A stretch of 32,000 nucleotides of DNA. Source: Methanocaldococcus jannaschii DSM 2661 (GTDB taxonomy: Archaea; AGJL01; Methanococci; Methanococcales; Methanocaldococcaceae). Of this stretch, positions 9,127 through 20,492 are shown one piece after another (position 1 is the first letter of the stretch; every line of letters starts with the position of its first letter). The notes beneath the pieces are model-generated. The model was not told where the DNA came from and ran no database searches. It saw only the letters and a program-made list of their open reading frames with translations. The position numbers and the translations under genes are program-made. Location: contig NC_000909.1 of NCBI RefSeq assembly GCF_000091665.1, positions 473,581 to 505,580 on the forward strand, given 5' to 3'.

Positions 9127-9870
9127 TTAGATTTTGATGATATACATTACAACAAACCCAAATACTATACCTATAATCAACCCAAGAATCCCATACATCA
9201 GCCAATTATTACCTTTATCTTTTTGGACGTTTTCAATAGTTTGTGTTGATGTGTTATTGAATTTTTGTGTTATTTTTTCTTGAGATGTAGTGTTTGCCTT
9301 TGTAATATTCCCTATATCAATATTTTTTGATATATTTGTTTTATTTTGGGTGATATTTGTTTCATTAATAATTGCATTTGTAGAATTTGGTGTAGTTACA
9401 TTTGTGGTATTTTCAAATATTTTAGTAATATTTTCTAAGAGAGATGTGTTTTCTTCATCTCTATTATATGTATTATTATAACTTACATAAATATTTTCAG
9501 GAAGTGTTAATATTGAGATGTTTAATAAAAATTTTTTCTTTATAAGCGTTCCATCAATAATATACGACATTTGAACATTAATTGTATGATTTCCAGGAGT
9601 TACAGCCTCACCTTCAAATATGTGAAATACCTTAGCATCCTCTGCAACACCTGCATAGTATAAAGTGGAATTTTTAAACACTACAGCATCTGAAAGGACT
9701 GTAACATTAAAATCTTCAACATTATAAGGAGCTCTCCATTGAAATATAACATATACGGAATTATTTACTAAACATTTTTCGGGGGTAACTATAATTTCTG
9801 GATTTAAAGCATAATTTGGAATTAAAAAAATAAATAAGGATATTAAGAGAGGAATAATTACTTTTTTCAT
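9127..9870 (-). CDS. Secreted, C-terminally membrane-anchored protein with an extremely sequon-dense stalk (putative N-glycoprotein)
   Basis: N-terminal signal/TM segment [18 protein letters not shown] and C-terminal TM segment [23 protein letters not shown]. It has about 19 N-x-S/T sequons, about 14 of them in the last ~90 residues before the anchor. The start is taken at the ATG at 9870, 1 nt after the stop of the upstream 56-aa ORF, whose codons supply GGTGGG as RBS. Confidence 0.8.
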
Positions 9871-9871
9871 C

Positions 9872-10042
9872 TTACCCACCAAGTTTTAGTTTTCTTATTC
9901 TTTCATTTAATTTTTCGACCTCCTCCTTTGTTAATCTTGTAGCTTTTTTAACCTCCTCCAATTCTTTTTGTAACATTATTACTTTAATCCCCAGTATTAT
10001 GTTGAGGAGTATGCTAATAGCCACAATTATATACAAAATCAT
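9872..10042 (-). CDS. 56-aa bitopic protein: N-terminal TM helix plus charged coiled-coil tail (below ORF-track cutoff)
   Basis: My translation is [56 protein letters not shown]. The ATG at 10042 lies 2 nt after the minD stop (GGAGATAAGGATG). Its own stop at 9872..9874 lies 1 nt before the next ATG. Confidence 0.65.
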
Positions 10043-10044
10043 CC

Positions 10045-10839
10045 TTATCTCCTCCCGAACAATCCTTTAATAAACTTAGATATGAATGATTCTTTCTTCT
10101 TCTTAAGTTGTGCTTCATATTTAGCTCCAATTAACTTAGCTGCTATCTCCATGATTGCTTGAGCGGCTGGAGAATCTGGATACATAATAACGAGAGGTGT
10201 TCCAAATGCAGCTGCCTTCCTAACATGAGGGTCCTCTGGAACAACACCTATAACAGGAACTTCTAAAATTGTCTCTATAGCTTTAACCCCCAACTCTGTA
10301 CTCTCATTTGAAACCCTATTAACAATAGCCCCAATGATGTCAGTTCCCAATCTTTTTGTTATAGCGATAATTTTTAATGCATCTGATATTGAGGATATCT
10401 CTGGATTTACAACGACAATTAAACCATCTGCTGATGATATTGCTATTAAAGTCTCTTTTCCAATACCTGCTGGACAGTCAATAATTAAAATCTCAACTAA
10501 ATCATGTATTGCCTTTAAAACTTCCTCAAGTTTTTCTGGTTTAGCTCTTCTGAACTTTTCTAATGAAACACCTGCTGGAATAACTAAAACTCCTTCAGGA
10601 CCTTCATAAATTGCGTCCTTTATATCTGCTTTACCAGCCAACACATCGTTTAAGGTTACTGGCTTTCCTTCTAACCCCATGATAAGCTCTAAGTTTGCCA
10701 TTGCTATATCAGCGTCCAAAACAGCCACTTTTTTTCCAAATTTTGCAAGAGCCACAGCAAGATTTGCAGATATCGTTGTCTTTCCAGTACCTCCTTTTCC
10801 AGATGCTATCGCGATAGCTATTGCCATTAATGTCACCAT
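10045..10839 (-). CDS. minD: MinD/ParA-family septum-site-determining-type ATPase with a C-terminal amphipathic membrane-targeting helix
   Basis: Deviant Walker A motif ASGKGGTGKTT, Walker B motif ILIIDCPAG, and a C-terminal KKKKESFISKFIKGLFGRR that resembles the bacterial MinD membrane-targeting sequence. The start may instead be the internal ATG (MAIAIAIASGKGG). Confidence 0.88.
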   Translation of the reverse strand: MVTLMAIAIAIASGKGGTGKTTISANLAVALAKFGKKVAVLDADIAMANLELIMGLEGKPVTLNDVLAGKADIKDAIYEGPEGVLVIPAGVSLEKFRRAKPEKLEEVLKAIHDLVEILIIDCPAGIGKETLIAISSADGLIVVVNPEISSISDALKIIAITKRLGTDIIGAIVNRVSNESTELGVKAIETILEVPVIGVVPEDPHVRKAAAFGTPLVIMYPDSPAAQAIMEIAAKLIGAKYEAQLKKKKESFISKFIKGLFGRR

Positions 10840-11004
10840 TCTAAAATCTTTATATTACCTATTTACAACACTAAAGTTATAGTTAAGTTAAATATATACT
10901 CTTCGGTTTAATATTAGGACACGCTTATCTTCAAAAACATTACATCATTAATTAATTGAATAAGGTTATCTAACAACATTTGCTTATTGAACTTTAGGAC
11001 TATG

Positions 11005-11946
<942 letters not shown>

Positions 11947-11997
11947 TTAGTTATTAAATAGTAATATTTGTTAGTTTGAAAATAAACGGGGGAGATT

Positions 11998-12423
11998 ATG
12001 ACAGAGATGGATAGGATAAGTATATCTTTACCTTCAAAGCTTCTTAGGGAGTTTGATGAAATTATTGCTGAAAGAGGATATGCAAGTAGAAGTGAAGCAA
12101 TAAGAGATGCTATTAGAGACTATATAATAAAACACAAATGGATTCACAGCTTAGAAGGGGAAAGAGCTGGAAGTATAAGCGTAATTTACAACCATCATGC
12201 CTCAGATGTTATGGAAAAAATTACTGAAATTCAACACAATTATACTGATATTATCGTTGCTACCTTACATTTACACTTAGACCACGACCACTGCTTAGAA
12301 ACAATATTGGTTAGAGGAGACGCTAAGAGGATTAGGGAATTAACAGATAGATTAACAGCCTTAAAAGGAGTTAAACAAGTTAAGTTAAGTGTTATGGTTC
12401 CAGGAGGACAGATTCCAGAATAA
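11998..12423 (+). CDS. nikR: Nickel-responsive regulator NikR (ribbon-helix-helix plus metal-binding ACT-like domain)
   Basis: N-terminal RHH region RISISLPSKLLREFDEII..GYASRSEAIRDAIRDYI. His/Cys-rich C-terminal domain (YNHHASD...HLHLDHDHCLE). GGGGGAG RBS lies before the ATG at 11998. Confidence 0.9.
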   Translation: MTEMDRISISLPSKLLREFDEIIAERGYASRSEAIRDAIRDYIIKHKWIHSLEGERAGSISVIYNHHASDVMEKITEIQHNYTDIIVATLHLHLDHDHCLETILVRGDAKRIRELTDRLTALKGVKQVKLSVMVPGGQIPE

Positions 12424-12427
12424 ATTT

Positions 12428-13525
12428 TTATAATAGGAGTTTTCTTTCATCCCCTAATGGAACTATATTTTTATTTTCAACTTCGATATATGCATTCCAT
12501 ATATTTTTACATTCACATTCAACATTTAAAACATTTATATCCTGTGTCAAAGTGAATCTCTCTAACCTTTCTTTAATCAATTTGTTGCACTTGCAGTTAT
12601 AAAGGTTGTGAGCCCCTCTTTCACTTCCTACTCCTGATGTATCACACATAATTAATGCCTTTGGATTGCTTTTTTTAACCTCTTTTAGTATCTCAATTAT
12701 ACTCCATAGAAATGGAGGGCGGTATTGATTTTTGTTGAAAAAGAATTCCATCACACTACCTTTATGCACAGTAGCTGGGCAAAAGGATATTCTTGAACAT
12801 CCCAACTCTATACACTTATTTGCTGAAGATATTGAGTCATAAATTGCCTCTTTTTCAGTTATGAATAGAGGTTTTATTAATAAATAAGCTTTTATCCCAA
12901 TGTTGTAGTTTTTAGCCAATTCTATAGCTCTAATTATTTGTTCATTTGTTATTCCTTTGTTAATTGCTTTTTCTCTAATTTCTTCATTAAAACTTTCTAT
13001 TCCAACCCCAATTTCAACATTAACATCCAAATATTTTCTAATTTCGTTTAATTTGTCTTCATCAATAAATTCAGGTCTTGATTCAATAGCCACTTCTTTT
13101 AAATTATCAAATTCGCTAAGTTTTTTGAAAATATAATTTCTTGCCTCTTTAGGAACTTCTCTATCATCCAAAAAACTTCCAGAAGTGAATATTTTAACGC
13201 TGAAATCTTTTAAATCTTTTATTTTTTCTTTATATTTCTCAATCGCATAATTAAACTGATTTATTATATTTTCAGCAGTTATTTTTTCAGGAGAGGAGTC
13301 CATTAAATAGGAACACATTAAACAGCCTCCTTCTTTTGCATAATAACAGCCTTCTGTCCTTAAAATTATTGTAAGGGACTTTCCTATGCTGAAATCTCTA
13401 TATATATCATCTTGCATCCACACAGCAATAGGTTTATTTTTATCTTTAACTTTTCTCTTTTTTAAATGTCTCTCTCTTAATTTTTTTAAGAATTCCCTAT
13501 AATTATCATTAATAATTTGGTTCAT
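12428..13525 (-). CDS. Radical SAM protein (Elp3/TIGR01210-like; possibly archaeosine RaSEA-type, unconfirmed)
   Basis: Cys triad GCYYAKEGGCLMCSY (C-x7-C-x2-C) follows a basic N-terminus. SGSFLDDREVP and the TIM-barrel-like periodicity fit the radical SAM core. Its ATG overlaps the upstream gene's TGA (ATGA at 13522..13525). Confidence 0.7.
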   Translation of the reverse strand: MNQIINDNYREFLKKLRERHLKKRKVKDKNKPIAVWMQDDIYRDFSIGKSLTIILRTEGCYYAKEGGCLMCSYLMDSSPEKITAENIINQFNYAIEKYKEKIKDLKDFSVKIFTSGSFLDDREVPKEARNYIFKKLSEFDNLKEVAIESRPEFIDEDKLNEIRKYLDVNVEIGVGIESFNEEIREKAINKGITNEQIIRAIELAKNYNIGIKAYLLIKPLFITEKEAIYDSISSANKCIELGCSRISFCPATVHKGSVMEFFFNKNQYRPPFLWSIIEILKEVKKSNPKALIMCDTSGVGSERGAHNLYNCKCNKLIKERLERFTLTQDINVLNVECECKNIWNAYIEVENKNIVPLGDERKLLL

Positions 13526-14337
13526 TTTATCAACTCTTTTATGTTATTTCTTAAGTTTTCAATCCCATAGTTTTCAACAAAATCTGCCATCCTACCCTTT
13601 CCAAACTTTGCATATAAGCTTATCAATTCATCAATAACAAATAAGACATCATCCTCATTTTTTAAATCTATTAGGTGTTTTCCCTCCTTATATATTCTTC
13701 CTCCTTTTCCTCCAACGAATATGCTAATAACTCTCTCAGCTTTAAAGGCATTACATAAGCCAGTGCATTTTCCTTCTCCAGTGCAATTATCTTTTATTAT
13801 TTTTCGTTCCCAATCTATAGCATTTAAATCACAAAAATCTTTACATTTTCCACAATTTGTGCAAATCTCTTTGTTTATGGTTATTTTGTATCTATAACAT
13901 ATCCCAATATCACAAAACCTATGAAATGTGCATGAATTTGGGCAACCACTAACATTTATCTTCACCTTTCTTGGAACCCAAACTCCTTCAAACTCCTCAT
14001 GAATTCTCCTTGCCAAAGAGACAGAGTCACCAATAGCATTGTAGCACTCTAAGCCAATACATGACACTACTTGCCTAACTCTATTTCCAGTAGAACCTAA
14101 GTTTAACCCCACATTATTTAGAATTTTCTCTACTTCTTCCAAATGTTCTGGAGATATTTTAAACTCTATACCTTGCCTTGTTGTTATATGGGCTTTGTTA
14201 TCTCCAAAATTTTCAATAACATAGGCTATTGCCTTTAACTGCTCAGCATTTATAAATCCGGGTTTTAATGAGATTCTTAATGTATAACAATCTTTTTTCA
14301 TTATAACGCCATATTTTAAGTTTATATTGCAGTGCAT
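13522..14337 (-). CDS. Small sulfite/nitrite-reductase-like protein fused to a 2x[4Fe-4S] ferredoxin domain (Dsr-like protein)
   Basis: NIR/SIR ferredoxin-like half domain (FINAEQLKAIAYVIENFGDNKAHITTRQGIEF). Siroheme/cluster-type cysteines SCIGLEC ... SGCPNSC. Ferredoxin motifs CTNCGKCKDFC and CTGEGKCTGLC. The start is uncertain: the ATG at 14337 has a GGTGAAAAGG RBS, and the alternative ATG at 14301 (MKKDCY) lacks one. Confidence 0.75.
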   Translation of the reverse strand: MHCNINLKYGVIMKKDCYTLRISLKPGFINAEQLKAIAYVIENFGDNKAHITTRQGIEFKISPEHLEEVEKILNNVGLNLGSTGNRVRQVVSCIGLECYNAIGDSVSLARRIHEEFEGVWVPRKVKINVSGCPNSCTFHRFCDIGICYRYKITINKEICTNCGKCKDFCDLNAIDWERKIIKDNCTGEGKCTGLCNAFKAERVISIFVGGKGGRIYKEGKHLIDLKNEDDVLFVIDELISLYAKFGKGRMADFVENYGIENLRNNIKELIK

Positions 14338-14359
14338 CCTTTTCACCAAAATTATAAAA

Positions 14360-15109
14360 TTAAATTTTTAAATTAGCTATGTATTTTATAAGCTCATCTA
14401 TATCATCAAAACAAACTGGATAATCAATTTTAGGTCTTTCAACAACTATAACCTTGGCTTCAGCTTCTAAAGCCCCATAAACTTTCTCTTTAAAACCCCC
14501 ACTCTCCCCACTATCTTTAGTTATTATCACATCACAGTTATAATCCCTTATTAAATATTTGTTAAGCTCCTTAGAAAAAGTCCCATACATAGCTACAATC
14601 TGCTTTTGAGGTAAAATCTTTAATGCCTCACTTACAGATATAGGGAGAACTCTTGCTATAACCTTATCTTTCCCAACAATATCAACAACCATCTTTAAAT
14701 TCTTAATTCCTGCCATGTGAAAGACTTTATTTGCTTTTTTAGCCAATCTTGCAGCTTCTTCAAAATCTTTAACATATATTATATTTGGATGATTTATCTT
14801 TTCCTCTTTTCTCTCAAATCTTACATACTTTATATTAAGCTCTTTACAAACTTCAATGGCATTTTTGCTTGCATTTATTGCAAATGGATGAGTGGCATCG
14901 ACTAAAATATCTATATTATATTTCTTTATAACCTCTTTCAACTCATTTTTATCTAAAGGTTTTGTTATCACTTTGTTGGCAAATTCCTCCCCTAATTTTC
15001 CACCATAATCAGTTGTTGAAGTGTATAAAATAAATAAATCTCCCAAATCCCTAAGCTTTTTACCAATTTCAACACTATCCTTAGTTCCTCCCATTAACAG
15101 TAGGTTCAT
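14360..15109 (-). CDS. cbiJ: Cobalt-precorrin-6A reductase
   Basis: CobK/CbiJ-type sequence: MGGT..S, DATHPFA, ITKDSGESGGF..K. The 249-aa length is typical. Confidence 0.85.
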   Translation of the reverse strand: MNLLLMGGTKDSVEIGKKLRDLGDLFILYTSTTDYGGKLGEEFANKVITKPLDKNELKEVIKKYNIDILVDATHPFAINASKNAIEVCKELNIKYVRFERKEEKINHPNIIYVKDFEEAARLAKKANKVFHMAGIKNLKMVVDIVGKDKVIARVLPISVSEALKILPQKQIVAMYGTFSKELNKYLIRDYNCDVIITKDSGESGGFKEKVYGALEAEAKVIVVERPKIDYPVCFDDIDELIKYIANLKI

Positions 15110-15340
15110 GACTTCACCATAAATAGACTTTTGTATATGCTCAAAAAGTCAAAAAATCTCTTAATTGTAAATCTTTTATTCTTTTGACATTTTACAATAA
15201 AAAATTTCGCCTCAATAAAAAAGCTTTAAAGTTTGTCCTTAATCCCTTTTAGAATTTCATAAATATCATCTAATTTATCTAATTTTTTATTAATTCTTTC
15301 TAAAATTTCAGTATGTTACTCTAACTCTATAAAAATAATC

Positions 15341-15802
15341 TTAGAGTTTTTTCTCCAATAATTCCTTAATTTCATTTAGCACTTTAATAGTTTTTATCTG
15401 TGTATCCTTAATATCTAACAATATTTTTTTATGTTCTTCTAATTCAGAAAATATCAACTTAATATACTTAACTCCCTCATCCAGCTTTTTATTCAGCTCC
15501 AAAATATCATCAGAAGACAACCTACTTATCCCTTCCGGAAACTCAATATAAGCATTTAATTCTTTTTCCTCAATCTTCTCAATCTTTATAAGCTTATCCT
15601 TCTTTTCCAGTGCCTTAATACTCTTTTTAAATAGCTCTTTAATCTCCTCATCATCAAAGTTTGCTAAGATTCTAACAGTTCCGTCCTTATGATTATACAC
15701 AACTCCAGAGATGCCTAAGCCTCTACCTATATGTTCAATCCTATCTCTAAATCCAACATGCTGGACTCTACCATATATTATCAGCTCATAAGTTGTTATC
15801 AT
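15341..15802 (-). CDS. Acylphosphatase-like domain protein with a C-terminal coiled-coil extension
   Basis: [41 protein letters not shown] matches the acylphosphatase GxVQGVGFR...G.V.N..DGsV pattern. A helical Lys/Glu-rich tail of about 60 aa follows. Confidence 0.8.
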   Translation of the reverse strand: MITTYELIIYGRVQHVGFRDRIEHIGRGLGISGVVYNHKDGTVRILANFDDEEIKELFKKSIKALEKKDKLIKIEKIEEKELNAYIEFPEGISRLSSDDILELNKKLDEGVKYIKLIFSELEEHKKILLDIKDTQIKTIKVLNEIKELLEKKL

Positions 15803-15959
15803 AATTAATCACCAATATTATACTCGTCAAATAATTTTTTATTTATGTAACTATTAGGATATAAGCTTTTTTGTATGCAGAATAATAATTTTAGAAAGAT
15901 TTTTATTATATTTTAATGCTAATTTTAATTGAAATTAGCAACATAATGGTGAGGACTTT

Positions 15960-16115
15960 ATGGATATTCTCACCATGATAGTTATTGGATTGATTCTTTT
16001 TACAATATTCGTTTTATGGTTAAGTTATGAGTTTATTAAGAGTGCAGTAAAATCTGGAATTAAAGAGGGAATTAGAGAATCTGAAACAAGATTTTTTAAA
16101 TCTTCAAAAGATTAA
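15960..16115 (+). CDS. 51-aa single-pass membrane peptide (below ORF-track cutoff)
   Basis: My translation is MDILTMIVIGLILFTIFVLWLSYEFIKSAVKSGIKEGIRESETRFFKSSKD. GGTGAGGA RBS lies 5 nt upstream of the ATG. Confidence 0.5.
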   Translation: MDILTMIVIGLILFTIFVLWLSYEFIKSAVKSGIKEGIRESETRFFKSSKD

Positions 16116-16206
16116 TAAGCTAAGAGAGATAAACATAAGTTATGTAGAAAAAAAGTTTTATACTTAATTATATCTTTATACTCTAATTAGATAAGAAGGG
16201 GAGTTG

Positions 16207-16323
16207 ATGCTTATGGAGATTAATCCATTAATTATTGGAGTTATAGCAATACTTGTTTTTATGGCTGGAGTTGTGGCTATTGTTTATTATAACTTGCACA
16301 AATTAGATAAGGAGGCATCATAA
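16207..16323 (+). CDS. 36-38-aa single-pass membrane peptide (below ORF-track cutoff)
   Basis: My translation is M(LM)EINPLIIGVIAILVFMAGVVAIVYYNLHKLDKEAS. An AAGGGGAG RBS is present. The second ATG at 16213 has the better spacing. Confidence 0.45.
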   Translation: MLMEINPLIIGVIAILVFMAGVVAIVYYNLHKLDKEAS

Positions 16324-16325
16324 TA

Positions 16326-16784
16326 TTATTCTTTTAGGGATTTTAGCTTTTTTAATGTTATAAAGTAAGCGTCAATTAGTAATTTTGTGAATATTAGTCC
16401 AAATGCCAAAAATGCTATGAGTAATAACAAAAATGTTATTGTTTTTATTGGATTTTGTAGTTGGTAGAGTATCATTGTTGCAATAGTTGCCAACTCACTG
16501 GTGATTGTTGATATGGTAATTTCTCTAATAAACTCACACATAAGTTTATACTTGTCATAAATTTGTAGATAAGTAAGTTCCTTATGAACTCCTCCAGTTA
16601 AAATGAGAATAAGGAAGGCTATTATTGGCATGGCTATCAATATGCATGCTACAACTAAATTTTCATCAATGTTAAAAAATATGTCATAGATGAGTATCCC
16701 TAAAATCAAATTAAAACCAAAACTTACAAATACATTAATAATCTTAAACATAAATGAGGCATGTGCTTTATGTTCATTAACCAT
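16326..16784 (-). CDS. Integral membrane protein, about 4 TM helices, unknown function
   Basis: 152-aa ORF with four long hydrophobic segments (FKIINVFVSFGFNLILGILIY, VVACILIAMPIIAFLILILTGG, ELATIATMILY, ITFLLLLIAFLAFGLIF). Confidence 0.7.
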   Translation of the reverse strand: MVNEHKAHASFMFKIINVFVSFGFNLILGILIYDIFFNIDENLVVACILIAMPIIAFLILILTGGVHKELTYLQIYDKYKLMCEFIREITISTITSELATIATMILYQLQNPIKTITFLLLLIAFLAFGLIFTKLLIDAYFITLKKLKSLKE

Positions 16785-16852
16785 GAAGACACCATAGGGC
16801 TTTTATTTTCTATTTTTCTAATTTAGTATTTTAAACTATAGGTTTCCTCATT

Positions 16853-17137
16853 ATGAAAATGGTAATTCCCATGTCTAAAACTTATGAATTAAAAATTTAT
16901 GGCAAAGTTCAGCACATTGGTTTTAGAGATAGGATTGAGAATTATTATGGTATGCTTTAGACATTTCTGGAGTCGTATATAATTACAAAGATGGAGTGTT
17001 AAGATTTTGGTAAATTTTTGATGGTGAAGAAATTAAAGAGATTTTTAAAAGGAATGTCGAGATTTTAGAAAATAAGTTAATTTAATCTTATAAAGATTGA
17101 GAAAATTGACGAAAGGAAATTGGACACTTACCATTAA
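16853..17137 (+). pseudogene. Frameshifted, stop-riddled paralog of the acylphosphatase-like gene at 15341..15802
   Basis: Frame 1 gives [24 protein letters not shown]. After a shift the reading is [17 protein letters not shown], then DGEEIKEIFKRNVEILENKLI, then NLIKIEKIDERKLDTY. This is collinear with residues 1 to about 95 of the intact gene but needs at least 3 frame changes and crosses several stops. Confidence 0.85.
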
Positions 17138-17195
17138 AACATAAATCTAAAATAGTTGGATTAGGAATACATTAACTACTATTTAAAAAAGGTGA

Positions 17196-18254
<1,059 letters not shown>

Positions 18255-18290
18255 AAGTATTTTTAATTATTCTAAGTTCTTTTTTTAGCT

Positions 18291-18815
18291 TTAATATTTT
18301 ATCTTAATCTCAGTATTGTGATTGTAGAAACTTACAAGAGTTTTTAACTCTTTTATAATATTTTCATAGAGCAATTTTATAATATCCTCCATAAAAATAA
18401 TGCCTTCCAATTTACCAAGAATTTTTTCAGGATATTTTGTATTGATTACTGGCAATTGGTCTAATTTCTTATTGGATTCTATCATTTTTTCAAAGGCTGT
18501 AATTATATCTTCATCAGCAGTAGTATAAGGAGGATTTTTTAGCATAACCTCCCCCACATTAAGATATGGATGACTTGTCATATACTTTCTAATTTCTCTT
18601 AGTGTAATAAATCCAATCATTACCCCCCTATCATCAACTACAGGCATTCCGCTAATGTTGTGTTTAATCATTTCATCAAATATTTCCTTTATCGTTTTTT
18701 CAGGAGTTGTTATGATTACGTCACCAGATATCATTACATCTTTTACCCTAATTTTTTGTAGCTCTTTATATTTATTAAGGGTTCTTACTAAGTGTAGTTT
18801 CACGAATTTTGACAT
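18291..18815 (-). CDS. CBS-domain pair protein
   Basis: Two CBS repeats (VKDVMISGDVIITTPEKTIKEIFDEMIKHNISGMPVVDD.. and VGEVMLKNPPYTTADEDIITAFEKMIESN..LPVIN). The start is moved to the ATG at 18815 (MSKFVKL), preceded by GGGGAG. Confidence 0.85.
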   Translation of the reverse strand: MSKFVKLHLVRTLNKYKELQKIRVKDVMISGDVIITTPEKTIKEIFDEMIKHNISGMPVVDDRGVMIGFITLREIRKYMTSHPYLNVGEVMLKNPPYTTADEDIITAFEKMIESNKKLDQLPVINTKYPEKILGKLEGIIFMEDIIKLLYENIIKELKTLVSFYNHNTEIKIKY

Positions 18816-18987
18816 AATATCTCCCCTTATTTCATAGAAATCTACCAAAATCGCAGTATTGAGCTATTAAAATGTAAAGCACTCCATAATTAAGAATTTT
18901 GTTGTCATGGTTTAAATAAATTATTGTTACTATTAATTCACTTTAAATTTCTAAACTTACCATCTAATAAAAATATAATTTAAAATT

Positions 18988-19614
<627 letters not shown>

Positions 19615-19617
19615 TCA

Positions 19618-20403
19618 TTATTTATTTTCTTTTGTGGCATCTAATACAGTATAGCTAATTTTCGCATTATCAAGCTTTTTAATGACTTTTTCAGCCATTT
19701 TTCCAGTTATTAAAGCGATAACATTACAACCTCTATTACATGCATTTACAATAGCTTCAGGAACGGCAAATCTTATGTCTGGTTTAAGTCCTAACTTACA
19801 TGCAACAACATAGGCAACGGTTCCCATAGTAGCAATGACATAATCATCTAAGTTATCGATATTCTCCTTTATCAAATTGAAATCCACAGCTCTTGAACCA
19901 CCAACGACTTCAGGAGGAATTCTAAATACAATAACTTTCCCTTTAGGCACATCAATAATTCCTTTAATTTCACAGATGGCTATATCTTCACCTTTCTTTC
20001 CACCATACAATGCCTTTGCTTTTGCTTCTCCTTTTGGCTGTTTTGATGCATATAACAGACCATTTTTCATAAACAAATATACTGTTTCTCCATCTTTAAC
20101 ATCTTCATCAGCTATAGCTGGCCATATATCCTTGTATCTATAAACAGCAGTGTTTATTTCATCCAAATAATCTTTAAACTCTGATATCCAGTTTTTTAAC
20201 TTTCTTAAACCTTTTTCAGTAACTACATACTCCCCTCTACCCCTTGATTTCACATAACCCTCTTTAACTAAATTTCTTATGTGTTCTGAAACTGCTTGAA
20301 CTGTTATTCCTAAATTCTCAGCTATTTCTTTCTGTTTTATATGAGGTTGTTTTCTTATAATTTCAGATAGAACTTGAAATTCAGTTATATTTCTTTTTTT
20401 CAT
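19618..20403 (-). CDS. Winged-helix transcriptional regulator with an uncharacterised C-terminal domain
   Basis: N-terminal wHTH region QKEIAENLGITVQAVSEHIRNLVKEGYVKSRGRGEYVVTEKG. The C-terminal ~170 aa are unassigned. It lies 12 nt upstream of nep1 on the same strand. Confidence 0.75.
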   Translation of the reverse strand: MKKRNITEFQVLSEIIRKQPHIKQKEIAENLGITVQAVSEHIRNLVKEGYVKSRGRGEYVVTEKGLRKLKNWISEFKDYLDEINTAVYRYKDIWPAIADEDVKDGETVYLFMKNGLLYASKQPKGEAKAKALYGGKKGEDIAICEIKGIIDVPKGKVIVFRIPPEVVGGSRAVDFNLIKENIDNLDDYVIATMGTVAYVVACKLGLKPDIRFAVPEAIVNACNRGCNVIALITGKMAEKVIKKLDNAKISYTVLDATKENK

Positions 20404-20492
20404 TTTTACCCCCCAAAAGTTTTAATTACTTTAAGAGTAAATATTATTTTTATAGTATTTAAATGTTAAAGATAACTTTAATTGGTGATATT

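Noticed and set aside
14400-14415. catcaaaac 9-mer inside the cbiJ coding region, as another member of the hairpin-repeat family
   Set aside because: It has no adjacent hairpin, and it simply encodes ...CFDDID... in a conserved-looking C-terminus. It is probably a chance occurrence.
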